Counted from the first letter of the stretch, positions 1-10,533 are shown. The stretch: DNA of 64,000 nucleotides from Patescibacteria group bacterium (GCA_043802665.1 JAZDKW010000020.1:7036-71035); one strand, 5' to 3'. Numbers and translations are program-made. Notes: generated by a model from the sequence alone, not told the origin.

Positions 1-554
1 ACAATCAGAGCATCGTTGCCTGGCCGCCGCATAATCAGCCGGGTTAACACAATATTTAGGGCATAACTTAGTTCTGATAGTACAATCATTAGAATTCCGA
101 AACTGCTTCCCATTAATTTATTATCAAATAAAAAGATGTAAGCACCGACAAAAGCAACCAGTCCGCCGATAACCTGCCAGCTCCTTGGCTTCTCCCGCAA
201 AATTGTCCAGCTTAAAAACATCACTAAGGCGGATCCCAAGCCGGCAAACAAACCCGCTGTAGTTCCGGCTACATATTTTAACCCGATCACTGCAAATAGC
301 GGTGCCACCACAAACCCCATTATCCCTAAAAGAACTAAAACAGATATCTCCATTTTTTTAAATGGCTGGCTTAACTTAATGGGATGAAATAGGCTATAAA
401 TAACCAGACTGACTAAGGCGACTGCTTGAGTACATCCAGCTAACAACAAGGGAGTAGCAAATCCTAAACCCAATTTAAGAATAATCTTAGAGGCTGACCA
501 AAGAAAGGTCGCCGCAAGAGCCTGAGCCAACAAGATTAGCCGAGTGTCTTTCAT
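1..554 (-). CDS. DMT/EamA-like multi-pass membrane transporter, partial (runs off window start)
   Basis: Reverse-strand translation from ATG at 554 gives MKDTRLILLAQALAATFLWSASKIILKLG..., with repeated hydrophobic helices. Its ATG overlaps the recR stop (ATGA). Absent from the ORF track because it is truncated by the window edge. Confidence 0.4.
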   Translation of the reverse strand, partial: MKDTRLILLAQALAATFLWSASKIILKLGLGFATPLLLAGCTQAVALVSLVIYSLFHPIKLSQPFKKMEISVLVLLGIMGFVVAPLFAVIGLKYVAGTTAGLFAGLGSALVMFLSWTILREKPRSWQVIGGLVAFVGAYIFLFDNKLMGSSFGILMIVLSELSYALNIVLTRLIMRRPGNDALI

Positions 555-1150
555 ACTTCCCTCCGTCCTTCAAATGCCCGAAGCAAGGTTACTTCATCGG
601 CATATTCTAAATCGCTTCCCATTGGAAGACCGCTGGCAATTCGGCTGATTTTCACCCCGACGGTTTCTAACAGCTTCGTTACATACATTGCTGTCGTCTC
701 GCCCTCTATATTATGATTAGTAGCAATGATTACTTCGGTGACACCTCCGGTTTTGATGCGTTGAACCAAAGAAGATAGATTCAAATCCGTAGCAGTAACC
801 CCTTCTAAGGGAGATAGCCGACCACCCAAGACATGGTAATGCCCTTGGAAACCACCGGCTTTCTCGATAGCTAAAACATCCAACGGCTCTTCCACCACGC
901 ACAGCAGTTGGCTATCCCGAGCATTATCAGTGCAGATAGCGCAGGGGTCATGGTCGGCAATATTGTGGCATTGGGAACAATAGACTAAGTCTAATTTTAG
1001 ATTCAACAAGGCCTCACCTAAAGATTTCACATCGATGCTGGGATTTTTTACTAAATAAAAAGCCAGTCGGGAAGCGGTTTTCGGTCCGATCCCTGGCAAT
1101 TTGCTTAATTCTTCTATTAATTTAGAAACTGATTTAGGCAGGGAATACAT
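551..1150 (-). CDS. recR: recombination protein RecR
   Basis: 199 aa with an N-terminal helix-hairpin-helix, a C4 zinc finger (CSQCHN...CAIC) and a Toprim segment (VVEEPLDVLAIE); sits in the conserved dnaX-ybaB-recR arrangement. Confidence 0.9.
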   Translation of the reverse strand: MYSLPKSVSKLIEELSKLPGIGPKTASRLAFYLVKNPSIDVKSLGEALLNLKLDLVYCSQCHNIADHDPCAICTDNARDSQLLCVVEEPLDVLAIEKAGGFQGHYHVLGGRLSPLEGVTATDLNLSSLVQRIKTGGVTEVIIATNHNIEGETTAMYVTKLLETVGVKISRIASGLPMGSDLEYADEVTLLRAFEGRREV

Positions 1151-1237
1151 ATCAACAAATTAATGTAGTCCTTCTCCGCCGGCTGGCGGATACACTCAGG
1201 GATTATTGTCTGAGCAAGGTCGAAGACATACCTATGT

Positions 1238-1546
1238 TTATAAGCCGGGAATGCCCAAACCCCCCATAATCTCCTTGGTTTTATTAGAAGCCGCTTGCTG
1301 GGCTCTTTTAAGCGCAGCGTTGGTTGCTTGGGTCACAAATTTAATAAGACTGCTCTTCTCGTCTAAGCTAACCAAACTATCATCTATCTCCATGGCGGTG
1401 ATCTTTTGCTCTCCCGTTACAGTGACCTTTACTTTCCCTCCTAACTCCGTACCCGTAAACTCCATTTCCCGTAATTGATTCTGGAGTTTTTTAGCCTTGC
1501 TTTGCAAATCCCAAAGTTTTTTAGCTTTATCAAACATTTTAACCAC
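1238..1546 (-). CDS. ybaB: nucleoid-associated protein YbaB/EbfC
   Basis: 102 aa; typical YbaB sequence (coiled N-terminus, GGLGIPGL C-terminus); immediately upstream of recR. Confidence 0.85.
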   Translation of the reverse strand: MVKMFDKAKKLWDLQSKAKKLQNQLREMEFTGTELGGKVKVTVTGEQKITAMEIDDSLVSLDEKSSLIKFVTQATNAALKRAQQAASNKTKEIMGGLGIPGL

Positions 1547-1548
1547 TG

Positions 1549-1626
1549 ATTACACTGATAGAATACTGATTAGCAACTGATTTCACTGATTGACCACTAA
1601 CCACTGATTGCACTGATTTAATTAAT
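1549..1626. repeat. array of 7-8 direct copies of the 8-mer (C/T)ACTGATT at ~10-12 bp spacing, in the intergenic region upstream of ybaB-recR
   Basis: The sequence ccACTGATTacACTGATagaatACTGATTagcaACTGATTtcACTGATTgaccactaaccACTGATTgcACTGATTtaatt is read directly. Confidence 0.6.
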
Positions 1627-1635
1627 TTTGGCATC

Positions 1636-2391
1636 TTAACTACTGCTAATAATTACATCTTTTAAAATAATATCTGTTTTGGGCCGATCATTAGTGCTAT
1701 CAGTTTCAGTCTTGCCAATTTTATCAACAATATCCATGCCATAGACCACCTGACCAAAAGGAGTGTGCTGACCATCCAGCCAAGGGGTAGCATCTTTGGT
1801 AATAATGAAGAACTGGCTCCCATTGCTACCCTTGCCTTGCTCGTCTACCCCAGAATTAGCCATAGCTACAACCCCCCGCACCAACTTTGGGCTATCGGCA
1901 CTGATCTCGTCGTCAAAAGTATAGCCGGGACCGCCGGTGCCATCATTAGTAGGATCGTCATCCTTGGATAGCGGGTCCCCTGTCTGAATCATAAAATCAT
2001 CAATAACCCGATGGAATTTTACTCCATCATAAAAATCTTGCTTCGCCAACAACACAAAGTTAGCTACTGTTTTAGGAACAATTTCGTTCAAAAGCTCTAC
2101 TTTAATATCACCTTCGCTGGTAACTAAAGTAGCGAACTTGCTTTCCTGCAATTCTTTTTTAGCAATGCTACCAAATTCGCCAGATATTTTTCCCATATTC
2201 TCCGCCAAAATAATCCCTCGCGGCACTAACCAAACTAATAAAATTATTAAGATGGTGCTACTGACAGGCCAAAGCAGTTTCTTCCAGGGAAAAGCTACCC
2301 GATAAAGGTTGCGCTGAGCCCGTAACTCACGCAGAGCCTGCCTTTTTTCCTCGAGCCTTTGTTGTTTGCGTAGTCTTTGCCGTGTGGCCAT
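1636..2391 (-). CDS. ppiB: peptidyl-prolyl cis-trans isomerase, cyclophilin type, with N-terminal membrane anchor
   Basis: 251 aa; cyclophilin core motifs FHRVIDDFMIQTGDP and GQVVYGMDIVDKI; one N-terminal TM helix. Confidence 0.85.
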   Translation of the reverse strand: MATRQRLRKQQRLEEKRQALRELRAQRNLYRVAFPWKKLLWPVSSTILIILLVWLVPRGIILAENMGKISGEFGSIAKKELQESKFATLVTSEGDIKVELLNEIVPKTVANFVLLAKQDFYDGVKFHRVIDDFMIQTGDPLSKDDDPTNDGTGGPGYTFDDEISADSPKLVRGVVAMANSGVDEQGKGSNGSQFFIITKDATPWLDGQHTPFGQVVYGMDIVDKIGKTETDSTNDRPKTDIILKDVIISSS

Positions 2392-2678
2392 AGCATCTAA
2401 GTTACCTGTTTATTTTACCATTCTTACCAACAAATCAATAAATTAAACCGGCCCCACCAATGCATTGGTCCTAAGTTATTTTTTGCTACTTTTAGAACCA
2501 GTTAATTTGGTTAGCCGCAATGTTGGTCCCCCAAAAGATGATGTAAGGACCAACTATCTGGATAATGACTATGGAAACTATGATCACGGCTAATTGTCGC
2601 CAGAATGAATTAGTAAAATCCCTCTGGCGGGTCGCCTCTTCACGGAAATTCTGGATGAACTTTTGACTAACTATCATA

Positions 2679-3923
2679 TTAGCTTGCTGGGTTAAACATT
2701 GATCCAAAGAATTGGGCCCAGAAACCGACTTTTGGCGGAGGTGCCGACATAGCGGCAGGAGCACTATCCACCACCATACTAATTATACCCACATTGGTTA
2801 GTTGGCGCAAAGAAGCATCTATTATTGAGCGGGCGGCGGGTAACTCTGGTAGAACAGGGAAAGCCGTGTCTGCGGATAGTTCTCTAAGCGACATTAATTC
2901 ATTGGGGGTAATCAGTTGTGTCTTTTCGGAGACAATATAAGCATCGATAAATTGTTGCTGGGCAATAGCCTGTTGGCGCACCGTCCGCGAATCTACTGGC
3001 GGTGTCTGACTAACCGCATTATCATTGGTATGTACAACGAACAATATTATGTCTTTGTTCAGAGTATAGGAACCACTATCCTTTCCCTGGGCAGAGAGGT
3101 TGATCACCCGACGGGCAATGGGAGCATCAGCAGAAGTAGAAATCTCCAATTTGGCCGTAAAGGTTGGGAATCCCGAAGCCGGACTGAACATTGCTGTCAT
3201 ACCTTGTGGCAAACCAGTCAAAGATAAGACTACCTCGCTACTATAACCATTATTTGATAGCACAGAAATCTGATAAACCGCCGTTCCTCCCGCGGTAACT
3301 AAATGTTCGGCTGGTTGAATAACTAAATCAAATGCTTGCTCTGGAGGTGGAGTACTGCTGGGAATCAAAGATAGACTATTGATCGCCCAAAGGTTAGCTC
3401 CATAACGTTTGAAATTGAATTCTATATTGCCTCCTGCAGTAGCAGTTTTAAAAGTCAGGGTTTTCCAAATCCCCGGATCAGAATTGATAACATAGTTAGT
3501 ACCGTTAACAACTACTTTAGTAGTAATGGAATTATTTAACGTTCCACTTACTAAAGTCACTGTATAGTATTGTGCAGTAAGCCCACTAATGATGAAAGTA
3601 TTGTCGCCGACGCCTTGATTAGAATCAGTTTCAAATAAATTTGCTACCTGGGTACCGCTACTTTGTTCGGTAACATAGGGAGTCTGCCAACCATATTGTA
3701 ATTGACCAGAAACTTGGGGATAGACGCTGGATCCACCATTAACGGGAATACTCCCGGGTGCAATCTCCGTGCTGAGGCCAGAACCAAAATCAAAGGTTAC
3801 CGTAGGGTCACCTGCGGCAAAACCCAGACCTACCAGCACCACCAACAATAAAGCCAAAGCCAGCACTGTACGCAGTTCTATTTTAAATAATTCGAGCAAA
3901 GCTACGGCTGATTTTTTCTCCAT
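2679..3923 (-). CDS. hypothetical membrane-anchored exported protein
   Basis: 414-aa ORF with a single N-terminal hydrophobic segment followed by a Thr/Ser/Gly/Asn-rich beta-type sequence; no recognisable catalytic motif. Confidence 0.5.
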   Translation of the reverse strand: MEKKSAVALLELFKIELRTVLALALLLVVLVGLGFAAGDPTVTFDFGSGLSTEIAPGSIPVNGGSSVYPQVSGQLQYGWQTPYVTEQSSGTQVANLFETDSNQGVGDNTFIISGLTAQYYTVTLVSGTLNNSITTKVVVNGTNYVINSDPGIWKTLTFKTATAGGNIEFNFKRYGANLWAINSLSLIPSSTPPPEQAFDLVIQPAEHLVTAGGTAVYQISVLSNNGYSSEVVLSLTGLPQGMTAMFSPASGFPTFTAKLEISTSADAPIARRVINLSAQGKDSGSYTLNKDIILFVVHTNDNAVSQTPPVDSRTVRQQAIAQQQFIDAYIVSEKTQLITPNELMSLRELSADTAFPVLPELPAARSIIDASLRQLTNVGIISMVVDSAPAAMSAPPPKVGFWAQFFGSMFNPAS

Positions 3924-3982
3924 TGTCTACTCCTCTCTTTTTATTATAACAAGCTTACGTGTTAAGAGAGAGCAGAGCACCC

Positions 3983-5365
3983 TTAAACACTGGTTTCTTC
4001 AATGGCCACCAGGGACTCGGCGGTTAATTCTCGTTCGGTTTCCAGGGTGCGGAATGTCATTGTTTCAGGTTTAAAGTAAAGTTCCACCTGACCGGTAGGA
4101 CCATTACGATGTTTGGCAATAATAATATCGGCAATATTAGGATGTTCGCTATCTTTATTATAATAATCGTCCCGATAAATAAGCATTACTACATCCGCAT
4201 CCTGTTCAATGGCGCCACTTTCGCGCAAGTCTGATAACTGCGGGATCTTTCGGGGACGCTTTTCCACCTCCCGTGATAATTGCGACACGGCGATGACCGG
4301 GATATTAAGTTCCCGAGCTAAACCTTTAAGCCCTCTTGAGATTTCAGATATTTCCTGAACTCGATTATCCGAATTCCTCCGTGACTCCATCAACTGCAAA
4401 TAATCCACAATCAACAAGTCTAATTTTTTCTCCGCCTGCAAACGGCGAGCTTTAGTACGCATCTCCATTACATTTGATCCCGGGGAATCATCAATATAAA
4501 TAGGGAACTCAGCTAATTTGCTCATCGCTTCACTTAAGCGAGCAAAATCCTCTTCTCGCAAATTACCTGTTCGCAACCGCCAGGAATCGATTCCGGATTC
4601 CGCACTAATCAACCGATCAACCACTTGATCTTTAGACATCTCTAAATGAAACATCCCAACCGCATAACCTTCGGTGGCGGCATTGAGAGCAAAACTCAAA
4701 GCCAAACTAGTCTTGCCAATACTGGGACGGGCAGCCACCACAATTAAATCGGATTTCTGAAAACCTGATAGTATGTTGTCTAATAGTTTAAATCCAGTAG
4801 GGACGCCGCGAGTCTGGCCGCGATGCTCGTGCAGTTTATCAATTCTTTCAAAGGCTTCATCCAACACATCTCGTACCGAAACAAATCCGCCATGCAGATA
4901 CTTTCTGGCCACAGCAAACAATCGCTTTTCGGCTTCATCCAAAAGGATATCCAACTCCTGGTTTTCTTGCCGGCCAAAAGCAGCAATATCAGCCCCAGCC
5001 GCAATCAAATTACGCAAAGTAGCTTTAGCAGAAACAATTTCAGCATATCTCGCCACACTCGCACTACTTGGCAAACTACCAGCCAGACTGGTTAAATAGC
5101 TCGCTCCGCCAACACTATCTAATTTCTTGCGATCACGCAGAACATCTGTCACTGTTACCACATCAATCGGCCTCATCTTTTCGTACAAAGCCAACATCGC
5201 CGAAAAAATAATGCCATGCCGATCCTCGTAAAAATCTTCTGGCTTAACAATATCAGCCACACGGATAACGGCATCTTTATCCAACAACAATGACCCCAGC
5301 AATGATTTTTCTGCGTCTACATTTTGGGGAGGCATTACATTTTCAGCTGATTGCGAAGCGCTCAT
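3983..5365 (-). CDS. dnaB: replicative DNA helicase DnaB
   Basis: 460 aa; Walker A GKTSLALSF in RecA-like C-terminal domain; DnaB N-terminal domain. Confidence 0.9.
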   Translation of the reverse strand: MSASQSAENVMPPQNVDAEKSLLGSLLLDKDAVIRVADIVKPEDFYEDRHGIIFSAMLALYEKMRPIDVVTVTDVLRDRKKLDSVGGASYLTSLAGSLPSSASVARYAEIVSAKATLRNLIAAGADIAAFGRQENQELDILLDEAEKRLFAVARKYLHGGFVSVRDVLDEAFERIDKLHEHRGQTRGVPTGFKLLDNILSGFQKSDLIVVAARPSIGKTSLALSFALNAATEGYAVGMFHLEMSKDQVVDRLISAESGIDSWRLRTGNLREEDFARLSEAMSKLAEFPIYIDDSPGSNVMEMRTKARRLQAEKKLDLLIVDYLQLMESRRNSDNRVQEISEISRGLKGLARELNIPVIAVSQLSREVEKRPRKIPQLSDLRESGAIEQDADVVMLIYRDDYYNKDSEHPNIADIIIAKHRNGPTGQVELYFKPETMTFRTLETERELTAESLVAIEETSV

Positions 5366-5382
5366 AGATGATAATTTAGACC

Positions 5383-6912
5383 TTACATTATATCAAAGAC
5401 TTGTGCCACTTCTGTAACAGTATTAGCGACGGGCTCGACCACATACTCAACAATAATATCTCCTATTCCTGCTTGCACTAACTGTCGGGCGAAAAGCTCC
5501 CGATTAGCTGCCTTATCTAACGTATCCTGAAGAAATTTACTGGGGACTTTAATGCACATCTTCCCCGAATTAAAGGTGAATTGACAGGTTTTCAAAATCG
5601 CTCCCAGCGAAGGGCTCACCGAGCTAATCCCCTGGCAAATCTGCGCGCTTATTTCGGCAAAATTATCTTCTGTTAAAGCAACTTCCTTGACTAAAGTTGG
5701 GGAAGCCGCAGACGAAACGGTCGGAGCCAAACCAGATATTGTTCTTTTCTCCGCCGTTGTCTCCGAACTGGCTGGGACTGTTGGTTTGCTATCTACTCCC
5801 CCGCAACTTTTGGCTACAACCAACTCCAGGGCCAATTGAGGCAAACTGACTACCCGATACTGATTCATCGCCTCCACTAAGCGCTGTAATAAATTGATTA
5901 ATTCACTAATTGTTAGAACCGCCGACTGACGAGCCATCTCTTTTTTCTCGTCAACAGACTTTTGGACCAATTGGCCATTCCCCAATTTAATCATCAGCAA
6001 CTCCCGCAAATAATTTAGCCATAATTTCCCAACTTGGTTGATATCGTAGCCCTTAAAATATACCTCATTGATCAAGTTAATACCCGCGGGAGCATCCTGA
6101 TCTAAAACAGCCTGGGTAAGAGTGCGCGCTACCTGTGTATCCACTACCCCCAATAGGTCTTTCAGGACTTGCTGATCCACTTTCCCGGATGTAAAACTCG
6201 CCGCTTGGTCCATCAGGCTGATGGCATCCCGCATACTACCCTCGGAGTTATCTGCGATCGTCACTAAGGCCGCTTCATCAATTTTGATTTTTTCCTGCTG
6301 GGCAATTTTTTTAAGCTGTTCGGTCAGCTCGGCATGCGAAAGATAATGAAAATCAAAATACTGGCATCGAGAGACTACCGTGGAGGGTAATTTATGTACT
6401 TCGGTAGTAGCCAGAATAAATATGGCATGGGCAGGCGGCTCCTCCAAGGTCTTCAGGAGCGCATTGAAAGCACTGCGCGAGAGCATATGCACCTCGTCTA
6501 TGATATAGACCTTATAGCGGGCTATAGAGGGAGCATAATTAACCTTTTCAATAAGGTTGCGAACATCGTCCACACTGGTATGGGAGGCGGCATCAATCTC
6601 GATTAGATCAATCATTCTCCCTGAGGACAGAGCTGAACAATTAGCACACTTTCCACAAGGTTCGCCCTCTTTGTTATCTGAACAATTCACTGCTTTGGCA
6701 AGTAACCGAGCCAACGAAGTCTTTCCCGTACCCCGAGGGCCAGCAAATAAATAGGCATGGCTGACCTTGCCAGTCTTGATGGCATTAAGAATCGTTTGTT
6801 TGATGTGGTTTTGCCCTATTAAATCCGCAAAAGTCTGCGGCCGCCACCGACGGTATAAGGCCTGATTATCTGCCATTTTTCCTCCTAAGTTGCACTTTTT
6901 ATCATAGCACAA
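5383..6912 (-). CDS. dnaX: DNA polymerase III subunit gamma/tau
   Basis: 509 aa; AAA+ clamp-loader motifs GPRGTGKTS and the zinc module CGKCANC; the true start is probably the internal MADNQALYRRWRPQTF, 12 codons into the ORF. Confidence 0.9.
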   Translation of the reverse strand: MCYDKKCNLGGKMADNQALYRRWRPQTFADLIGQNHIKQTILNAIKTGKVSHAYLFAGPRGTGKTSLARLLAKAVNCSDNKEGEPCGKCANCSALSSGRMIDLIEIDAASHTSVDDVRNLIEKVNYAPSIARYKVYIIDEVHMLSRSAFNALLKTLEEPPAHAIFILATTEVHKLPSTVVSRCQYFDFHYLSHAELTEQLKKIAQQEKIKIDEAALVTIADNSEGSMRDAISLMDQAASFTSGKVDQQVLKDLLGVVDTQVARTLTQAVLDQDAPAGINLINEVYFKGYDINQVGKLWLNYLRELLMIKLGNGQLVQKSVDEKKEMARQSAVLTISELINLLQRLVEAMNQYRVVSLPQLALELVVAKSCGGVDSKPTVPASSETTAEKRTISGLAPTVSSAASPTLVKEVALTEDNFAEISAQICQGISSVSPSLGAILKTCQFTFNSGKMCIKVPSKFLQDTLDKAANRELFARQLVQAGIGDIIVEYVVEPVANTVTEVAQVFDIM

Positions 6913-7021
6913 CCCATTGGCATGTAGAGATTAGAGTTTTAGCGGTTAGCGAATAGTGAAGAACCTCTTATGCTCTTAAACTTTAACCTACCCCGCTAGT
7001 CGCTATTCTCTAGTCTCTAAT

Positions 7022-7903
7022 TTATTTATAATACACCCGGTCTAAAATGCGCAGATCAACATACTGGCGAGGATGAGCCCCATCGCGGAGGATTTTAGCC
7101 AGATTATTTAATTGGGTATCCGGACTTTTAGTAGCATCAAAGATAATCTTCCAGCCTTCATTGGTTATAACTTCAACTTCAAAGGTGGTTTCTGGTACTA
7201 CTATCTGTCGCACATTCAAATTGGTTTTGCGAGGAAGATTCGCCGCCACAAAGTTCACAAACTCAATAAAATCGGTGGTTAGAATCTGTTGCTTCAAGCT
7301 CACCGGCACATTCTTTAGATCCTCCACTACGAGTAGCGGGCTATCAGGAGGAGCAATATCATAAACCACACCCGCCCGATTCACCAAAAACTGTTCGTTG
7401 TTGGTACGCCAGATTAAGGACGTTTCATGTTCTTCTATAATAATTTGCAACTGGTGTTGCCAAATATTTTTGTGAAAATCTATTGTCTTGATTTGGGAGA
7501 TAGTCATTGCTTGCCGCATTGCCTTGACCTCATTGAACAACAAAGCATTCACTCCTTTAAACTCTTGCTTAAAAATTGTATCTACAAGGGTCTGGTTGTC
7601 CACTAAACGATTGCCTTGAATATCTAACTGATCTAAGACAAAGAAGTGCGATCCAAACACCCAATAAAAAAGCACGATTAAACCTGCCCCCACCAATGTT
7701 CGGAGCAGTGGTGCGGCTACTGTGCTTAAAGATTTATGCTTAAATTTAGGCGTCCAGGCTAATTTTTTTAGCCGATGTTTGCGGGGTTGGACAAGAGAAG
7801 GTTTAGTCGTATAAAAGCTTACGCAGGGACGAATAGTAGACGCCAGTGCCGGCGGCAATTTTTTTTTGAACACTTTTTCGAAAGCAAATCCCCTCTTTAC
7901 CAT
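7022..7903 (-). CDS. ftsQ: cell division protein FtsQ/DivIB (POTRA domain)
   Basis: 293 aa; basic N-terminus, one TM helix, then POTRA-like beta/alpha region; located directly downstream of murC. Confidence 0.7.
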   Translation of the reverse strand: MVKRGFAFEKVFKKKLPPALASTIRPCVSFYTTKPSLVQPRKHRLKKLAWTPKFKHKSLSTVAAPLLRTLVGAGLIVLFYWVFGSHFFVLDQLDIQGNRLVDNQTLVDTIFKQEFKGVNALLFNEVKAMRQAMTISQIKTIDFHKNIWQHQLQIIIEEHETSLIWRTNNEQFLVNRAGVVYDIAPPDSPLLVVEDLKNVPVSLKQQILTTDFIEFVNFVAANLPRKTNLNVRQIVVPETTFEVEVITNEGWKIIFDATKSPDTQLNNLAKILRDGAHPRQYVDLRILDRVYYK

Positions 7904-7905
7904 AG

Positions 7906-9306
7906 CTAATCGGTTTGGGAATATGCCGAAACAAACTCCTTAATCCAATCACTGTTTTTCCCCGCTCCGAGCGATATAACCACTTCACCTGGTTGCAAGG
8001 CGGCAGACAGATAGTCGCTAATCTCCTGGAAGTCTGAATAAGCCCGAGCATTATGGCTTATTTTATCGATCGCTTCCGCTAAGCGATTGTTGTCAATTGC
8101 TTGGATGTCTTCCTCACTATCTCGCACCGCCAAGATCGGAGCAATTAAGACTTCGTCCGCATCACCAAAACTCTGGGCAAACTCGTTTAACAGAAGTCGC
8201 GTCCGACTATATTGATGAGCCTGAAACACCACTCGAATTTTTCGGCCGCCAAAATAATCCCGGGCAGCCGCAAGGGTCGCCTGGATCTCCGTAGGGTGAT
8301 GTCCATAATCATCCACAAAAGCGACGCCACCAATATTACCTACGATTTCAAACCGGCGATCCGCTCCCTGAAATTTATTCTCCAACACCATTTTAATAAC
8401 AGCATCACTTACTTTTAAGTGTTTAGCTACAGCGATAGCAGCTAAAGCATCCATTACCAGATGTTTACCAGGAAATTTCAACCAAGTCTGGATGCCATCA
8501 ACAGCAAACTTCATCTTGCCATCCTGATAGATGATATCTCTGGCCACTAAATTATTGCCAATCTCCGATGAGGTGGAAAAACCAAATTTAATTACTTTGG
8601 ATTTGGCTTGTGGCAAAATTTCCAAAATATTGGGGTCATCGCCGCAGGCAACGACCAGGCCATCTGTCGGCACTAATTGTAAAAACTGTGCAAATGCTTG
8701 TTTAATTTCATTAATATCTTGATAATAATCCAAGTGATCAGCATCAATGTTAGTAAGGACTGCGATTTTGGGTCGCATATCCAAAAATGCTCGATCATAT
8801 TCACAAGCCTCTATCACCCAATACTCACTCCGACCTAAAATGCCACAGCCTTCCAAGCTTTTTACCTCCGCTCCAATCAAAGCGGTAGGATCCATCCCAG
8901 CCTCCTGCAGAATCAAAGTGATTAACGTGGAGACAGTGGTCTTGCCGTGGGTACCGGACACAGCGATTCCGATTTTATTCTTCATCAACTCGCCAATAAA
9001 TTCGGAACGTTTCCAGGCTGTTCGCCCCATTTTTTTGGCCTGCTCAATCTCTAAATGGACAGTATCCGGCCTCGCCGCGGCAGAAGTATAGATTAGTTCA
9101 TTGATATCCGTTGGAACGTTCTCGGCAATCTGTTCCCCAATTATTACTTTGGCCCCCTTACTCTCCAGACGCTTCCGACCCGGGAAATCCTGAATGTCAC
9201 TGCCCGTAATCCGATTCCCCATACCCAAAAGCACATCGGCAAGTGCCTGCATCCCAATGCCACCGATCCCCACCATAAAATAGTGTTTAGGAGTTACTTT
9301 TTTCAC
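7906..9306 (-). CDS. murC: UDP-N-acetylmuramate--L-alanine ligase
   Basis: 466 aa; Mur ligase P-loop GTHGKTT; N-terminal Rossmann motif GIGGIGMQALA. Confidence 0.9.
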   Translation of the reverse strand: MKKVTPKHYFMVGIGGIGMQALADVLLGMGNRITGSDIQDFPGRKRLESKGAKVIIGEQIAENVPTDINELIYTSAAARPDTVHLEIEQAKKMGRTAWKRSEFIGELMKNKIGIAVSGTHGKTTVSTLITLILQEAGMDPTALIGAEVKSLEGCGILGRSEYWVIEACEYDRAFLDMRPKIAVLTNIDADHLDYYQDINEIKQAFAQFLQLVPTDGLVVACGDDPNILEILPQAKSKVIKFGFSTSSEIGNNLVARDIIYQDGKMKFAVDGIQTWLKFPGKHLVMDALAAIAVAKHLKVSDAVIKMVLENKFQGADRRFEIVGNIGGVAFVDDYGHHPTEIQATLAAARDYFGGRKIRVVFQAHQYSRTRLLLNEFAQSFGDADEVLIAPILAVRDSEEDIQAIDNNRLAEAIDKISHNARAYSDFQEISDYLSAALQPGEVVISLGAGKNSDWIKEFVSAYSQTD

Positions 9307-9350
9307 CCCTCTATTGTATCAAAATCTCCTTACTCCTCTGTTATCATCCC

Positions 9351-9462
9351 ACCCTATTGTCATTCCCGCAGAGGCGAGGATCCAGGCCTGGATCCTGCCT
9401 GCCCGGCCAGGGAATCCGAACTTGGCCTTTGGCCAGTCGGTCCAGGATGACAAAGAAAAACC
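9351..9462. mobile_element. MITE-like element with terminal inverted repeats TGTCATTCC ... GGATGACA and an internal perfect palindrome GGATCCAGGCCTGGATCC
   Basis: Terminal inverted repeats read directly; same inverted-repeat family recurs at >=6 other sites in the window. Confidence 0.45.
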
Positions 9463-9480
9463 CCGCCAGAGATGACAGTA

Positions 9481-10143
9481 TTATGATTTTTCAGCTATTT
9501 CACTGATGACAAATTGTTTGCCCTCATAATCGATCGCATCAGCAGTCAGAGTTCCCCGAATCTCTACCTTAATATCCTTATCAGTGACATCCACAATTTT
9601 GGCTTTAACCCCTGGATCGGCAATTTTATTTTGCATAACTGATTCAATGCCAAAAGTTTCGCCAGTATCGGCAACAAAATAATCATCAAATTGAGCCCCC
9701 TCGGGCGTAGATTTAATTACCCCTATATAAGTTAGTAAGCCATCATCGCCTGGATTGCCGTTGATCGTAACCAAGAACTCATTTGCCACATCGGTTTTAT
9801 CCCAGGGTCGTAGATATTTCATCACGATATGCGACCGTTCCACCTTCAAAACCTTGAAAGTCCAGACTTCTTCGCCTCCTGCACCGACCAGATTTTCCGT
9901 ATTGTATTTATCGGTAACTTGGTATGTATTATCTACCCGTTCCAGCACCCCCGCAGTAATATCCGTCACTTGCCATTGATAACCAGTAGATTGATTGGAC
10001 GGTAAAACAACTTTAAATTGCTGACCTATTGGGAAATCAAAGTTTTGCCGGTGATCCTTAAGAGTAATTTGGGGCAAAGTACTAACTAAAGCACACCCCC
10101 CTGCCAACAAGAGCGGAACTAAGCAAAAGATTAATCTTTTCAT
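9481..10143 (-). CDS. hypothetical exported protein, probable lipoprotein
   Basis: 220 aa; signal peptide ending LLAGGCALVS, which is lipobox-like. Confidence 0.5.
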   Translation of the reverse strand: MKRLIFCLVPLLLAGGCALVSTLPQITLKDHRQNFDFPIGQQFKVVLPSNQSTGYQWQVTDITAGVLERVDNTYQVTDKYNTENLVGAGGEEVWTFKVLKVERSHIVMKYLRPWDKTDVANEFLVTINGNPGDDGLLTYIGVIKSTPEGAQFDDYFVADTGETFGIESVMQNKIADPGVKAKIVDVTDKDIKVEIRGTLTADAIDYEGKQFVISEIAEKS

Positions 10144-10160
10144 AAAACCATCCTTAAAAA

Positions 10161-10433
10161 TTAATTTCTATTCCTCAGTAACAAAATACTAAGTACCAAG
10201 GCAATAGTAAAGAACACTGCCCCCCAGAAACAAGGAGTGACAAAAAGATTAATCAGGGCAGGGCAACTAACCTCAAAGCACTGGGCACCTGTACACGGAT
10301 AACAAATCTGCTGGCTCCGCCAATTTATCACTTCCAAAACAAAGTTCCCCCAAGCAAATAAAGTGCCCAGAAGCAATACCCAAAACTGTGCCCAAATAAT
10401 TTTATTCACCCCGTTAGAGATAGAAAACTTCAT
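10161..10433 (-). CDS. small Cys-rich integral membrane protein
   Basis: 90 aa, three hydrophobic segments, CxxC-like pairs (CYPCTGAQC, SCP). Confidence 0.4.
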   Translation of the reverse strand: MKFSISNGVNKIIWAQFWVLLLGTLFAWGNFVLEVINWRSQQICYPCTGAQCFEVSCPALINLFVTPCFWGAVFFTIALVLSILLLRNRN

Positions 10434-10533
10434 CGTTTTCGTAAGTTAATAATAATTTCTAAATAAAGCTTGATTTAATAATTGATATATAAGTTGGTGA
10501 AAAATAGTTGCTATTGGTTATCTCTAACGGGGT

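Noticed and set aside
2492-2764. 90-aa ORF overlapping the 3' end of the 414-aa gene
   Set aside because: It overlaps a longer ORF by 85 nt on the same strand in another frame, with no SD or promoter evidence. Left uncalled.
6913-7021. Imperfect inverted repeats (TAGAGATTAGAG ... CTCTAGTCTCTA) between dnaX and ftsQ, considered as a structured element
   Set aside because: The arms match only partially and there is no second copy in the window. Too weak to call.
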